Below, piece after piece: positions 12,091-25,400 of a stretch of 57,152 bases of DNA. Source of the stretch: Octopus bimaculoides (lineage: Eukaryota). The stretch lies in the NCBI RefSeq assembly GCF_001194135.2, contig NC_069001.1, positions 15,319,444 through 15,376,595 on the forward strand, written 5' to 3'. Each line of letters opens with the position of its first letter. The stretch's first letter is position 1. Made by a program: the position numbers and the translations under genes. The notes beneath the pieces were generated by a model. That model made no database searches. It was not told the DNA's origin and was given only the letters and a program-made list of their open reading frames with translations.

Positions 12091-14118
12091 GTTTTGAATT
12101 AAGCTTTATCCCAGTTTTGAGACTTTGGTGATATTGATTTGTGATAAAGGTCAGAGATATCTGGTGCCTTGCAGTACTCAAGAAGACCCATCCACCAAAG
12201 CAGAGTCAATACAGGTGAAGGTGCCATATAAAAAAGATACCCAGTATTCTGCAGAGTGGTTGGTGTTTGGAAGAGCATCCAGCCATAGAAACCATGCTAG
12301 AACAGACAACAAAGCCTGGTGATTCCCTCCTCAGCCATACCAGCTCCATGTCAAACCGTCTAACCCATGCCAGCATGAAAACAGGCATTAAACTAGAACG
12401 TTTATTTTTAGATTGAAAGTGCAGGGTCGGTGTAAGAGGTTTGATTTGGACAGTTTGGAAACAAAATTGGTAAAATATTTAGACTGAATACAACCAGTTT
12501 ATGTGCTAAAGCATCAAACAGTTATTCCAAAGTATGCTAAGATACAGTTAATACTTTCGATTCTTGTATGGAACAAAAACTCAACCACCTGTCCATTAGG
12601 TGCTTTTAGTTGAGTTTATTCCATGCAAGTACTTGAACCAAACCCCAGTTCCTTTCTCAGTTTCTCAATTTCATGGTAGATGTTCAAGCTAAACACCAAG
12701 CACATTTAATCTCAGTCAAAGAAAGCCTGCAAGAGTCACAAGAACTACCATTCACTTCTCCCATGAGTATTAAAAAAATCCCAAACCAAATCTCAAAAAG
12801 CTTAATTCTAGGAGTAAAAATATTCCTTTTGATGCTAGTTTAACAGACTTTTTTTCAGGTTACCAGGAAGCTTGGTAAGTTGTCATAATAAAATTGCCAT
12901 GAATTTTTCCAAAACTACAATGGTTTAAGATATGTAAGACATTTAAGTTTTTTTTCCATTCTCACATTTCCATGCTTTTTCTATTCTTGAGGCAGTATTT
13001 ATTCTATGGCTGATGGAAGCCTATCCTGAAAGAAACCCTTAATTTAAAGGATTTAATACCACTAGTATTTACATGTCAACTTTCTGAGCTGCTGAACATA
13101 TTGTTCAAGCATGCTGTTAACAAGAGTCATGGCTGCTAAAGTGACACCAATGAGAAGACAAGAATAAAAGGAACACACACACAATGATGGCCTTCAGTAA
13201 ACCTTAGATCAACCAAATTTTACTCACAAGTCCTAGAAAACACTTGCACAAAAGGCTACAAGATCAAACTCGTAACCAAGATTTTACAACAGGCGGCCAG
13301 GGACCAAAAAGATGGCAATCCATGCCCAATCAGGACAGAGCCAGAGGAAACTGGAAGTTTGAAGCACCACTGAAGTGCAAATAAGTCGTCAGAACCTGGT
13401 GTAGGGGTGAAAAAGAACAGCTATGCCTGTGTCAAGAATGATTCACTAAAAGGAAAGATAAAAGATTAAAAAAAAAAAAAACAGCTCCNNNNNNNNNNNN
13501 NNNNNNNNNNNNNNNNNNNNNNNNNNNNNNNNNNNNNNNNNNNNNNNNNNNNNNNNNNNNNNNNNNNNNNNNNNNNNNNNNNNNNNNNTGCCCAAGGTGC
13601 CATGCAGTGGGACTGAACCTAGAACCATGTGGTTGGTAGGCAAGCTACTTATCACACAGCTACATCCACGATTACCTTATCTAAAGTGTTCCTAATGTGA
13701 TCCAAGGGAGATTTCAGTTATTCCTCTTTGGCCAGATGATCCCACAAACAAAGGAATATGGACTCCCACCTCTTCACTAGCAGACAAAATTTCATCTGAA
13801 AACCATTCACCAACTGTTTTGAAAAACCCAAAACATAAAAGGAAACTATTTTAAGTCTTGGACCAAACAATAATTTAATAAAAATTCTCTTTGAATTTGT
13901 GAAAAGATTTTTCTTAGTACAGATGCACCACAAAAGGACTTTTTTTATACACTTACAACCATTAATGTTGCAAAAGATGGCGTATGACCTTGTGGATAGG
14001 CAACTGGGCTCTCAGTCATAAGGGCACAAGTTCAATTCACAATCCAGGCAGTGAATTGTGTCAGATAAGACACTACACATTGTTCCAGTCCATTCAACTG
14101 GAAAACTTGAGTGCTTAA

Positions 14119-14142
14119 CCTTTTAGCATTTAAACTGGATAT

Positions 14143-14175
<33 letters not shown>

Positions 14176-14810
14176 GTTTAACGTCCGCTTTCCATGCTAG
14201 CATGGGTTGGACGATTTGATTGAGGACTGGTGAAACCGGATGGCAACACCAGGCTCCAATCTAATTTGGCAGAGTTTCTACAGCTGGATGCCCTTCCTAA
14301 CGCCAACCACTCAGAGTGTAGTGGGTGCTTTTACGTGTCACCTGCACGAAAACGGCCATGCTCGAAATGGTGTCTTTTATGTGCCACCCGCACAAGAGCC
14401 AGTCCAGGGGCACTGGCAACAATCCCGCTCGAAAATCCTACAAAGGCCAGTCAGGCGGTACTGGCAACGGTCACGCTCAAGATGGTACATCTTATGTGCC
14501 ACCCGCACAAGAGCCAGTCCAGCTGGCCCAAAATGTGCAAACTGACTAGATCTGGTCTATTACACCTATCTAACAATGTCAAAGCTTAATCACATCATTG
14601 AAAACTCAAAGCTACAATTAACTCATTTAAATCAGCCATATCCGGTCCATATATTCTACCTGTTTTATGGTCAAACTGGCCAGATCTGACCTCTTATACC
14701 TATCCTACAATATCACTCCAGAAATAATTAAAAAATGAGGTAATGCATGATTAATTGAAAACACTAAATAAATAAGCATTACATTTGACAGTAATCTAAA
14801 TGCTAAAGGG
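14119..14810. mobile_element. piggyBac-type MITE interrupted by a SINE (about 14146-14520)
   Basis: TTAA|CCTTTTAGCATTT ... AAATGCTAAAGGG ends, with a nested (GAT)n-tailed repeat. Confidence 0.6.
14146..14520 (-). mobile_element. (GAT)n-tailed interspersed repeat, family E (SINE or RTE 3' end)
   Basis: GGAAGGGCATCCAGCTGTAGAAAC...GGAAAGCGGACGTTAAACGATGATG. Copies at 3803, 8390, 9290, 12200, 15105, 24705, 31480, 34775, 36710, 43782 and 47545. Confidence 0.8.
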
Positions 14811-15295
14811 TAAATTCAAAACAATACAAATAGACGGGCATTATGTTTGACAGAATAATCTGAATGTTCATCTAAAGTTAAAGCCTGGCAAAATGGTGGC
14901 CAATTAGATCAAGTTAGCATCACAGCACTGAGTCAGTTATAGGACCTCAAAACATTCAAGTTCAAAGAGTGACACATCCAACCATAGGCAGCTATATCTT
15001 AAGATGCCCATCACATACACATGTGTGTGTGTGTGTGCATCTACATAAACGTGCATGTGTAAATGTCTGCATATGAGCATGCAATCAGGTGCAATTGTGC
15101 TGGCGCTAGGAAGGGTATCCTTGGTGCTAGGAAGGGCATCCAGCTGTAGAAACTGCCAGATCAGATTGGAGCCTGGTGCAGCCATCCAGTTCACCAGTCC
15201 TCAGTCAAATCGTCCAACCCATGCTAGCATGGAAAGCGGACGTTAAACGATGATGATGTTCATGCATATGTGCATAAATGTGTATATATATGCAC

Positions 15296-15330
<35 letters not shown>

Positions 15331-18067
15331 CTTACATTTCCCCTTTTCCAAATACTGCAAGCTGCAAATAGTTATGTTCCTGCTCACCACACCCATGTCA
15401 ACAAACAATTCACTCACTCGATGCCTTTGAAGACATGTAAACTACAATCCTTTACATGAAAAACAAGGGTGGATTAAACCACAGGAGAGGCAACCAGCTG
15501 CAAAACAGTGACTCAAAAATAATTCATCTGACCCATGTTAGCAAAGTGAAAAAAAAAGACATACAACCTAACAATAAAAATCAGAAAAAGGAATTAACAA
15601 ATTATGGTCAGTGATCCTATGTCCAAAGACAAAACTGTTCACAGGAGGATGAGGCACCCACTATTTTTTCATTAGGGTGGAACATGCCAGCATAGAAATC
15701 AGACGTTTAAGGATAGTGATGCTGATTACAATAACATATCCCACTTAGATTTATTTGAATTTCAAAACAGAATATTTAGCATCATCTGGCATTGTAGGAA
15801 TTATAACATGTAGGTGGGAAACCAGAATATAGTAACATCTTGTTTATAATATTTCATTCTCTCAGGACCTTAGTAGAAACTACCAATTGTGGGTAGTTAA
15901 ATATAGACTCATTCCAATTAAAAGATGAAAATAGATAATTTAACATTAGATTTTGGCTCATTACAAAGAAAAATATATAATTTCAAATGAAATTATCTTT
16001 TACTAAAAGAAAGCAATTACTTAAGTCATCACTGTCTAGAAAATTCTTGTAAATTTCAGTTTTAATATATTTTATATACAAGTAGGTTTCTTAAACTTTT
16101 ACAAAAAGAGAAGTGACACCAACCTCAAGGTTTTGGCTTGTTAGCATTTATAGTCCCACAAAGCTAGCATGCCAAAACATAAGTCAATGCTGCCCTTCTA
16201 GTGAAAATTTAATAAACTTTTATTCTACTAAAAAGCATTGAGTAATTCTTCAGTTTATATAGCTTTTATACATAACTTGACAAAAAAGGTTTACTTCAAA
16301 AGAGCTCAGTCCTATTATATGGTGCATGTCTTTACAAGTGATTGTGATGGATAAAGGTCAAAGCTATTCTAACCACAACCTGATTTTATTCTTAAATTTT
16401 TAAATAAGTTATGGTGAGGGAGATACATTAAGTACATAGTGGAATTTGATACATGGACACGCTGCTCAAGTTTGTTTTTGCATGCAGTCAAGCTATTTCC
16501 ACTAAATATCTGTAACTGATACACACTATACCACTAGTTATACTATCTGTACATACATACTATCTAGATAATATGTATGTATAAACATTTTGTATACAAA
16601 AAAGAATTTAAATTTTAGAAAGCTTAAATGTAAACACATTAGCTCATATCATTTAGCATTGGGTATTTTCCATGCTAGCAGGAGTTGGAGAAGAGTATAT
16701 TTGAAGCAGTATTCTCTTCACATTACAACGCCTTGCACGTTTTTCAAATAATGCTATGCATGTATGCAATAGATCTGTTATTTGACAAGGATTCAGTTGC
16801 CTGATCTACTGAATTACTTGCTCCTAAATTAATATCCAAGTGACTGAGTATACCAGACACGAATAGCCTTAATTCTCAGGCAGAATTGGCATGACAGTGT
16901 GCGCTGCAGGACAAGGATGTACTTTTTGAATTTGAATTATAGGTCAATCCACGCCACAGTTTCTGTCCAACCAATTACATTTACAAGATACAGATTGACA
17001 CAAGGATATAAAAAGAATGACATGGCCCAAAATGCCATGCAGTAGAATCAAACCCAAAATCCTATGGCTACTATTCAGCTGTTAAGTATGTATGCATAAA
17101 AAGAAAATGGAATTTCATGCCATTCATCTATAACAAGTGCAGAGTACCAAAATACTGGAGTTGATGTAACTGACTGAAGCCCTCAAAAGTGGTAACCACT
17201 ACATGGCAGTCGCCAATGATACTATGTATGTGTACATGAGCCTAATTTTTAATAAACATAACATTCGAAAAGGTCAGAAAATATTTGAATCAAAACAAGA
17301 AACATTTATTTAGACACTATTAAGTACAGGATTTTATTAGTAAAAACCACTTGAAAAAGTGAACACTGGAACCAAAGTGTTTCAAGTATCTTTAGCATCG
17401 ACTCTGTGTTTGTGTAGAGAGCAAGTAAGAGAGAGACACAGAGTGCATTACAAGCAGGAAAGAGGAAGAAAGAAAGTGGCAGAGAGAAAAAATTAGAGAC
17501 ACTGGGGCGTAATTTAAACTCCTATAATATTATCAACAATCTGCTTAAAAAAAAAGAAAAAATGAGAGAGAGAGGAAACTACTATCATTAATAAGCTCAA
17601 TCACGACAGTTGAGGAAGAAGAAATAATAGAACGGCACCAGTTGGTAGTTCAATCAGTCGACAGATCAATATTTCTAACCAACATAACATGGAATCACTG
17701 TCAACAACACACCAGCAGGTTTCCAACAATGTTTGCTAACAACACAAAGCACCATAGAAACGAGATATTATTGTTGTTACAGTTGAGGTTTTATGAACAA
17801 AGATATTGCAGCTACGACCATCTCTTTCCCTCTCGCCAGACCTCATGCATTGGATAATGTAATCTAAAGTGTGTGTGTGATATATATATATATACATTTT
17901 TTTTTTTCCTAATTCATAGGGTGCATGATTTTGTTGCTAAATTCAGTCAAGCAGGCAAATCGAACATGTTTGTAACCATAGGTCAGACCAGATCCAAGTA
18001 GGCTTGGTCTCTCAGCTGCTCTCCTCCCACCCAACCTCGTGGGCATCGGTACCATTTTCCTCTTTCT

Positions 18068-18110
18068 CCGAGCTTTCCGACGAAGGGCTACGCCCGAAAC
18101 GTCATACACT
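18068..18110 (+). ncRNA. Degenerate hammerhead-like motif in the terminal repeat of a different Penelope-like family
   Basis: CCGACGA-A-GGGC(UAC)GCCC-GAAA-C-GUC^: perfect 4-bp helix II and ACGU palindromic helix III. Helix I pairing is poor. Confidence 0.45.
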
Positions 18111-18231
18111 CTTTCCTTTCCTTTCCTGAGCGTCCAATAACACTATCCATATCACGTCCTCACTTTGTTGTTTTTTTTTTTAACCACACACGCACGCGCA
18201 CTTTATTTAAAAGCAGCAGAAATATAACAAA

Positions 18232-18274
18232 AGACTTACTCTGAGTTTCACGTTCCCGTTCATCGGACAGTTTT
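18232..18274 (-). ncRNA. Minimal hammerhead-like motif (left arm of the inverted repeat), helix I damaged
   Basis: ACUGU-CCGAUGA-ACG(GGAA)CGU-GAAA-CUCAGAG-UA^-AGUC; a 2-nt deletion after the cleavage site breaks helix I. Confidence 0.45.
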
Positions 18275-18310
18275 TGTCCGATGAATGGGAACGTGAAACT
18301 GAGTAACAGT
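18270..18310 (+). ncRNA. Minimal type I hammerhead-like motif (right arm of the inverted repeat)
   Basis: UUGU-CCGAUGA-AUG(GGAA)CGU-GAAA-CU G AG-UA^-ACAG: 4-bp helix I, 3-bp helix II with GNRA loop, palindromic helix III; core U4 replaced by C. Activity untested. Confidence 0.55.
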
Positions 18311-19054
18311 CTTTTGTTATATTTCTGCTGCTTTTAAATAAAACATTACTCTACCTCTGGTATTTGAGTACTTTTTTCCACCTTGTTGCACATTTTATGT
18401 GCTTACTCTGGTATATATTTATATATATATATATATATATATNNNNNNNNNNNNNNNNNNNNNNNNNNNNNNNNNNNNNNNNNNNNNNNNNNNNNNNNNN
18501 NNNNNNNNNNNNNNNNNNNNNNNNNNNNNNNNNNNNNNNNNNNNNNNNNNNNNNNNNNNNNNNNNNNNNNNNNNNNNNNNNNNNNNNNNNNNNNNNNNNN
18601 NNNNNNNNNNNNNNNNNNNNNNNNNNNNNNNNNNNNNNNNNNNNNNNNNNNNNNNNNNNNNNNNNNNNNNNNNNNNNNNNNNNNNNNNNNNNNNNNNNNN
18701 NNNNNNNNNNNNNNNNNNNNNNNNNNNNNNNNNNNNNNNNNNNNNNNNNNNNNNNNNNNNNNNNNNNNNNNNNNNNNNNNNNNNNNNNNNNNNNNNNNNN
18801 NNNNNNNNNNNNNNNACGTTTCCCGCTGTGTGTTTGTGTCACGTGACAGTATATTTTGCACCTAAAAAGAAGGCCAACACAGTTAAGAACATTTTTAGTT
18901 ACAATCAAGGCACTCCAAATTTAATCTGTCTGGTGGGAGAGTAGGCAGGAATCGTTTGTATGTAATCCAGTGGCTAAAGTTAGCTGCGTAGGTTCCTTCA
19001 TGTTAGGTAGAATGAGTTTTGTATGTGAATAGTTATTTGCATATATATACTTTG

Positions 19055-19420
19055 TTAAAGTCTTGGTTTATACTTTTGTATGAAAGTACTTTCTTTGTTT
19101 ATCTGTGCTTCATCTGTGGTATTCGCTGAACATAGGTAGAGTGGAAGACCTGGGTTTTGGGGGACTTATTTTTTGTACATACGTCTATGTGTCCACTCAG
19201 TGGAATCTGTCTAGTACTGGGGTCTTGTATTTGTTGTCAGTGGATGGTCAGTCTATTTCTTAGAGTAAGCTTTGATCTATGTAATCTTCATTACATAGTT
19301 GACATTTGATAGCATATATTAAATTAGTTGAACATGTAAAGTGATTTTTTTTTTACAGTAAAAATCTGTCCCAATTTGAATTTGTATGCTTCAGTGCATT
19401 TTCAATTTCTATTTTCCCTA
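19055..19420 (-). pseudogene. Decayed GIY-YIG endonuclease of a Penelope-like retroelement
   Basis: Hand translation across frameshifts: FTCSTNLIYAIKCQLCNEDYIDQ / TLRNRLTIH*QQIQDPSTRQIPLSGHIDVC / LYLCSANTTDEAQINKESTFIQKYKPRL. This gives LIY...YI(G>D), an inserted CxxC, and the conserved R, H and E in PLE order. Confidence 0.85.
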
Positions 19421-19684
19421 TATATACACAAATATACACATACATATATATGGAAGCAAACTTTAGGTTGATTAAAATGTTTGCAACATTTCAACAAATA
19501 AATGTATTTTAACAGAAGTTCACTTATGCATAAACACTGCTTGGTGTTGATACTGTTGAAATGTGTGTGCGTGTGTGTGTGTGCGAGCAAGCATGAGCAT
19601 ATCGGACTATCAGCCTCTCCCACTACCTGTATGTACATATAAATGTATTCATTAATTTTTTTTAAAGAAAATATTGCACAAATA

Positions 19685-20078
19685 GGCGCAGGAGTGGCTG
19701 TGTGGTAAGTAGCTTGCTTACCAACCACATGGTTCTGGGTTCAGTCCCACTGCGTGGCACTTTGGGCAAGCATCTTCTACTATAGCCTCGGGCCAACTAA
19801 AGCCTTGTAAGTGGATTTGGTAGACGGAAACTGGAAGAAGCCCATCGTATACGTGTATATGTATGTGTGTGTGTGTGTGTATGTATGTTTGTGTGTCCCC
19901 TACATCGCTTGACAACTGATGCTGGTGTGCTTATATTCCCGTAACTTAGCGGTTCAGCAAAAGAGACCGATAGAACAAGTACTAGGTATCCAAAGAATAA
20001 GTCCTGCGGTCGATTTGCTTGACTAAAGGAGGTGCTCCGGCATGGCCACAGTCAAAATGACAGAAACAAGTAAAAGAG
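19685..20078 (+). mobile_element. tRNA-derived SINE, family A, near full length
   Basis: Head GGCGCAGGAGTGGCTGTGTGGTAAG (A-box-like) and GGTTCAGTCCC (B-box-like), internal (GT/AT)n, tail TAAAAGAG. Many homologous copies in the window. Confidence 0.88.
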
Positions 20079-20996
20079 AGAAATGCAGTCCAGGTTACAT
20101 CAACAGGTCACAGTGGGTGAGGATCATGAATGAAAGGTTTTTACCATTCAATACGCTTGAACAGTCAGAAGCTGTTCAGGTGGTACTTGTTAGAACAGAC
20201 AGATCTTGTTAAATTTCTGCCAACCACTTCAAGTATTTCAAATTTTTTCAAATTTCCTACNNNNNNNNNNNNNNNNNNNNNNNNNNNNNNNNNNNNNNNN
20301 NNNNNNNNNNNNNNNNNNNNNNNNNNNNNNNNNNNNNNNNNNNNNNNNNNNNNNNNNNNNNNNNNNNNNNNNNNNNNNNNNNNNNNNNNNNNNNNNNNNN
20401 NNNNNNNNNNNNNNNNNNNNNNNNNNNNNNNNNNNNNNNNNNNNNNNNNNNNNNNNNNNNNNNNNNNNNNNNNNNNNNNNNNNNNNNNNNNNNNNNNNNN
20501 NNNNNNNNNNNNNNNNNNNNNNNNNNNNNNNNNNNNNNNNNNNNNNNNNNNNNNNNNNNNNNNNNNNNNNNNNNNNNNNNNNNNNNNNNNNNNNNNNNNN
20601 NNNNNNNNNNNNNNNNNNNNNNNNNNNNNNNNNNNNNNNNNNNNNNNNNNNNNNNNNNNNNNNNNNNNNNNNNNNNNNNNNNNNNNNNNNNNNNNNNNNN
20701 NNNNNNNNNNNNNNNNNNNNNNNNNNNNNNNNNNNNNNNNNNNNNNNNNNNNNNNNNNNNNNNNNNNNNNNNNNNNNNNNNNNNNNNNNNNNNNNNNNNN
20801 NNNNNNNNNNNNNNNNNNNNNNNNNNNNNNNNNNNNNNNNNNNNNNNNNNNNNNNNNNNNNNNNNNNNNNNNNNNNNNNNNNNNNNNNNNNNNNNNNNNN
20901 NNNNNNNNNNNNNNNNNNNNNNNNNNNNNNNNNNNNNNNNNNNNNNNNNNNNNNNNNNNNNNNNNNNNNNNNNNNNNNNNNNNNNNNNNNNNNNNN

Positions 20997-21061
<65 letters not shown>

Positions 21062-22217
21062 TATATGTACATGTGTTTTCTTTTTTTGTTCCCCCACCAT
21101 CGCTTGACAACTGATGTTCGTGTGTTTACATCCCCCGTAACTGTGGTTCAGCAACTGAGTCAGTACTAGGCTTACAAAGAAAAAGTCCTAGGACAGATTT
21201 GTTCAACTAAAGGCAGTGCTCCAGTATGACTGCACTCAAATGACAAACAAATGAATAAAAGTGTGTGTATGTAGACACACACACACACATACACCAATCA
21301 TCCTACAAGTACACTCAAATAAAATTAAGCAGTCAACACATATACAGAACTAGAACACAAGCCTTTAAGTTTATAAACAAGGAAATTGAAGAAGCTCAGC
21401 TGAATTAGCTATTTGAATCTCTTTGGAAATATTTGCTATGATGGAATTAGTCAGAAAAGTCTACTACCTAAACTTTTGATCATTATTTTTTTTCTTTAAT
21501 TTGTTCCTTCCTCTGTCTAAAAATATTTAAACACATGCACAAAACATACATGCAATAACCCTGTATAAAGGTTGAAGAAAATTCTATTTAAAACAAAACA
21601 TTCTACATAAATTGTTACAAATGGGAATGGTCATATTTTGCCAATTAAACACACACAAAAGTGCACGTGTTTAATAAGCAAAATATGACCAATCTGAAAT
21701 ATAACAATCTTTGTTTCAACACAGATTTCACATCAGGAATTTTATGTAAGACTTGTACAAATAATTCATTTTTAATAGTAGGACTCAAAACAGACGCATG
21801 GCAATTATTGGTGATCTAGTAGCTTAGCTAGGAAAGGGTGAGCAGGGTGACGCCTTCATAAGGGCAGCATATTAGGGTCAGCTGTATAATCCTGTACAGA
21901 GTTGGAGGTCCAAGGTTAAATGGGGGTGATACAAGCACTGTGCCAGGTGGCACACCTCCTATGCCACTGTGACAGGTAGAGTGTGCTGTCTGGCACAATA
22001 AATAGGAATGAAGAATATAGCAATATAAACGAGAGTGCATTTTTGCACAAAAGCCTATGAAAGTTTTTTCTCATGGTATTTACTGCGGAATAGTTTGTTT
22101 TAACAGAACATCCATGTTTAAGTGAGGATAAATATTCATCTTCAAATTCTGACAATTATTATATTTTCTTTCTTCAGATACTTTATATACTCATTTAACA
22201 ACTATGTAACACATATG

Positions 22218-22445
22218 ATGGCACTCCATCGCTTACGACAACGAGGATTCCAGTTGATCCGATCAACGGAACAGCCTGCTCATGAAATTAACGTGCAAGT
22301 GGTTGAGCACTCCACAGACACGTGTACCCTTAATGTAGTTCTCTGGGATATTCAGCGTGACACATAGTGACAAGGCTGACCCTTTGAATTACAGGCACAA
22401 CAGAAACAGGAAGTAAGAGTGAGAGAAAGTTGTGGTGAAAGAGTA
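22218..22445 (-). mobile_element. SINE family B 3' half
   Basis: Reverse complement of the 1080-1250 block. Confidence 0.75.
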
Positions 22446-25400
22446 TGGCAAGAAAGAGTACTACATTTTATTGCCCTCCGCCTAAAGGATGAAAGGTACT
22501 ATTGACCTCAGCAAGTTTTGAACTCGAAACAGGAACAAATACTGCAAAGTTTTCTTCCAATGCCCTTACATTTCCACCACCTTGTTGCCTGTATACATAA
22601 CTGTAATGTCCACTTTTCCATTCTTGCATGTAAACAGAACTCCTTGACAGATTTTCCTATGGCCAGATGCTCTTCCTGTCACAAAGTGCCACCTATTTCC
22701 AAGCAAGTTAGTATTTCTCTCCGTGATTAGACAAGTTTTTCACAAAAGATTAGAAACAACACCACTTGGATGACACTGACACTCATTTACAATCCATATG
22801 ATGTCAAGATGAGAAGACAAACATACACACTCATGTGATGCACTTTCAATTTTCAGCTACTAAATTCATCTATAGGGCTTCAGACAGCCTGTGGCTATAA
22901 GAGATGCTAGTCCAAGGTGTCTTGCAGTAAGACTGAACCCAAAACAACATAACTGGGAAGTGAACTTCTTAAACACACCTGTGTCTATATAAGAAAGGTG
23001 TCACGAATGGATAACACTGTTGGTAGTAGGGTACCTAACAAGTCCTTTTCAGAACAATTCATTTGCCACACATTCCTCAATCTGTATGGCAGTTGGACAG
23101 CTACTAAGCAATAGCATTGGAAGTCTAACTAAACCAAGCAAGGGTAACCGACAATCCATAACCTCTGAAATTCATTAAGGACTTCTGATTTTCAACAGAC
23201 TCTACTGAAGAAACCCAGCCAAAAATGTTCAAGTTTCAAGCAACAGAAAGGCCATATTCAGTAACATTGTAAAACACTCCTCAGACCAGCCTGGTTGACC
23301 CACCATGCCCTTAACATACCCCCAGAAGCTGAACATCTGCTATAGCTGTGATTCACTATAGCCCAGATTCAGCCTAAGCCAAGACTCTGGAAAAGTCCTA
23401 TGACAATGGGGAAATAGTGAACCAACAGATAAAGATACCCAAGGTGTAATTTCATAAAAGTAAAATGAAAAACTATTGAGTGGTGGATTGGTAGAATTTT
23501 AGCATTTGTTCAGGTCCTTTACATTCTGAATTCAAATTCTACCAAGGGTTAATTTTACCTTTCATCCTTCTAGGATTCATAAGAAACAGTGGAGAGTAGG
23601 AAATATAATCGGCTCCCTCACCCAACCCTTCCTGAAAGCTGTGGCTTATGAAATATTTAATAAATCTAATAAATGCTATACTTTGCAAAAAGATTAGTCC
23701 TGACTAGAAGTCTAAAGAGAGAAGTTTTCAATCAGCCCACAGCATGGTTAAGATTTAACAAACTGCCTCTATTACTCAGCAAGACAGAGTTGAAGATGGT
23801 CTGAGGTGCACAATTTCATCAGATGCCAAGATCAACAAAAGTAGACATCAGACAGGCAAAAGCAAAGATTTAGTAGGTTATACAAAACAGGTGTAATACA
23901 AACCACCCTCCCATGCAACACTCCAGTCAGCGGTTACCTACTTTCACCCCGTCACTGGTTACCCACTTCCAGTTTTTGTCTCTGCTCTATCCTCAACATC
24001 CACTAAAATGACTGTCACCAACATCAAAGTCCTGCTATTAACGGTGATGTCAGGTGGGGCATGTTTCTAGGTTGTGGAGTCACTACTTACAAAAAGGTTG
24101 CAAAAGATGGTAAACTCTGTAGTGACCACCATGACTGAGGTGTCCTAAAGTAGATGTCTATGAGACTCAGAAAAGAAAAGAAAAAAATCTACCTTGCTGC
24201 TTGTTACATTGACTATCAAGAGAGTTAAGTGATCTGTTCCAGCTTCTGACTGTGAGGAGAGGGTAACCAAGCCAATAATACACGTGGACAGTTACATTCC
24301 TAAATAATTTGTGAAACCAACCTATGATATATAATTACACAGCTACTAATACATTTGTTTTACACACACACACTCTCCCATCATTAGACAATGTATGGGG
24401 GTCCGGCAATTTCTTGCCACACAAACCACACAGATGATTTCTTTATAGTGATCAAATGTTTGTCCATTCATAAGCTCACTCCCTCCATCAAATCAACAAT
24501 ACCTTTACAGGTGCACTATGTGCCACACGTTAGATGATGAAATGATCATAGAGTAACGTGAAATAAAGTGCTTTACTCAAGAACACAACTATGCCTGGTC
24601 TGGGAATTGAAACCGCAATCTTGCAGTCATGAGTGCAACACCCTAACCACTAAGTCATGTGCCTTCAGATACACACATATATATATATATATATATATAC
24701 ACACACTCTGAGTGGTTGGCGTTAGGAAGGGCATCCAGCTGTAGAAACTCTGCCAAATTAGATTGGAGCCTGGTGTTGCCATCCGGTTTCACCAGTCCTC
24801 AGTCAAATCGTCCAACCCATGCTAGCATGGAAAGCGGACGTTAAATATACATTATATACAGAAGTGCACCCATGTAGACAAAACTCATGACAGTTTTATT
24901 AATCAGGGAACAGTGAATCTATTCAAATCAAATATTAAATTCCTACTTTTGAAACTATCTTCTAGACTCCACTTCACTGTATTAGAACTAAAATAAAACC
25001 AAAGTACCATGACAGTAAAAAGCACCCGTCCAGTGTGTCCTATGACAATCTACTAATTGACACTATTTCATTAGTGTAACAGCAAACACACCCACAAGCT
25101 GACTATTGATGAGTTTTAATTTTTTTTACCTTTTGCTTCAGTAGTTAAACTACAGCAATGTTGGAGCAGAGCCTTGAAATTTTAGTAAAATGAAACCTGG
25201 TTCTTATTCTATCAGTCTTTTTCGCCAAGATGCTAAGTTACAGGGACATAAATACAGCAACACCAGTTCATGAAATAGTGGGACGGACAGACACAATTTA
25301 GTAAAATGAAACCTGGTTCTTATTCTATCAGTCTTTTTCGCCAAGATGCTAAGTTACAGGGACATAAATACAGCAACACCAGTTCATGAAATAGTGGGAT

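Larger units (their letters stand above)
18202..18442. mobile_element. Penelope-like terminal repeat pieces in inverted arrangement
   Basis: Arms 18202-18269 and 18275-18342 are reverse complements; the plus arm continues to an (AT)n tract. A second copy starts at about 47722. Lies near the GIY-YIG relic, across a gap. Confidence 0.65.

Noticed and set aside
19685-19760. tRNA genes at SINE heads
   Set aside because: A/B-box-like motifs continue into SINE bodies; no complete cloverleaf.
20130-21154. Long ORFs of 250-400 aa in the track (also 18.4, 35.5, 48.3, 53.5 and 54.7 kb)
   Set aside because: They are runs of N plus dinucleotide repeats.
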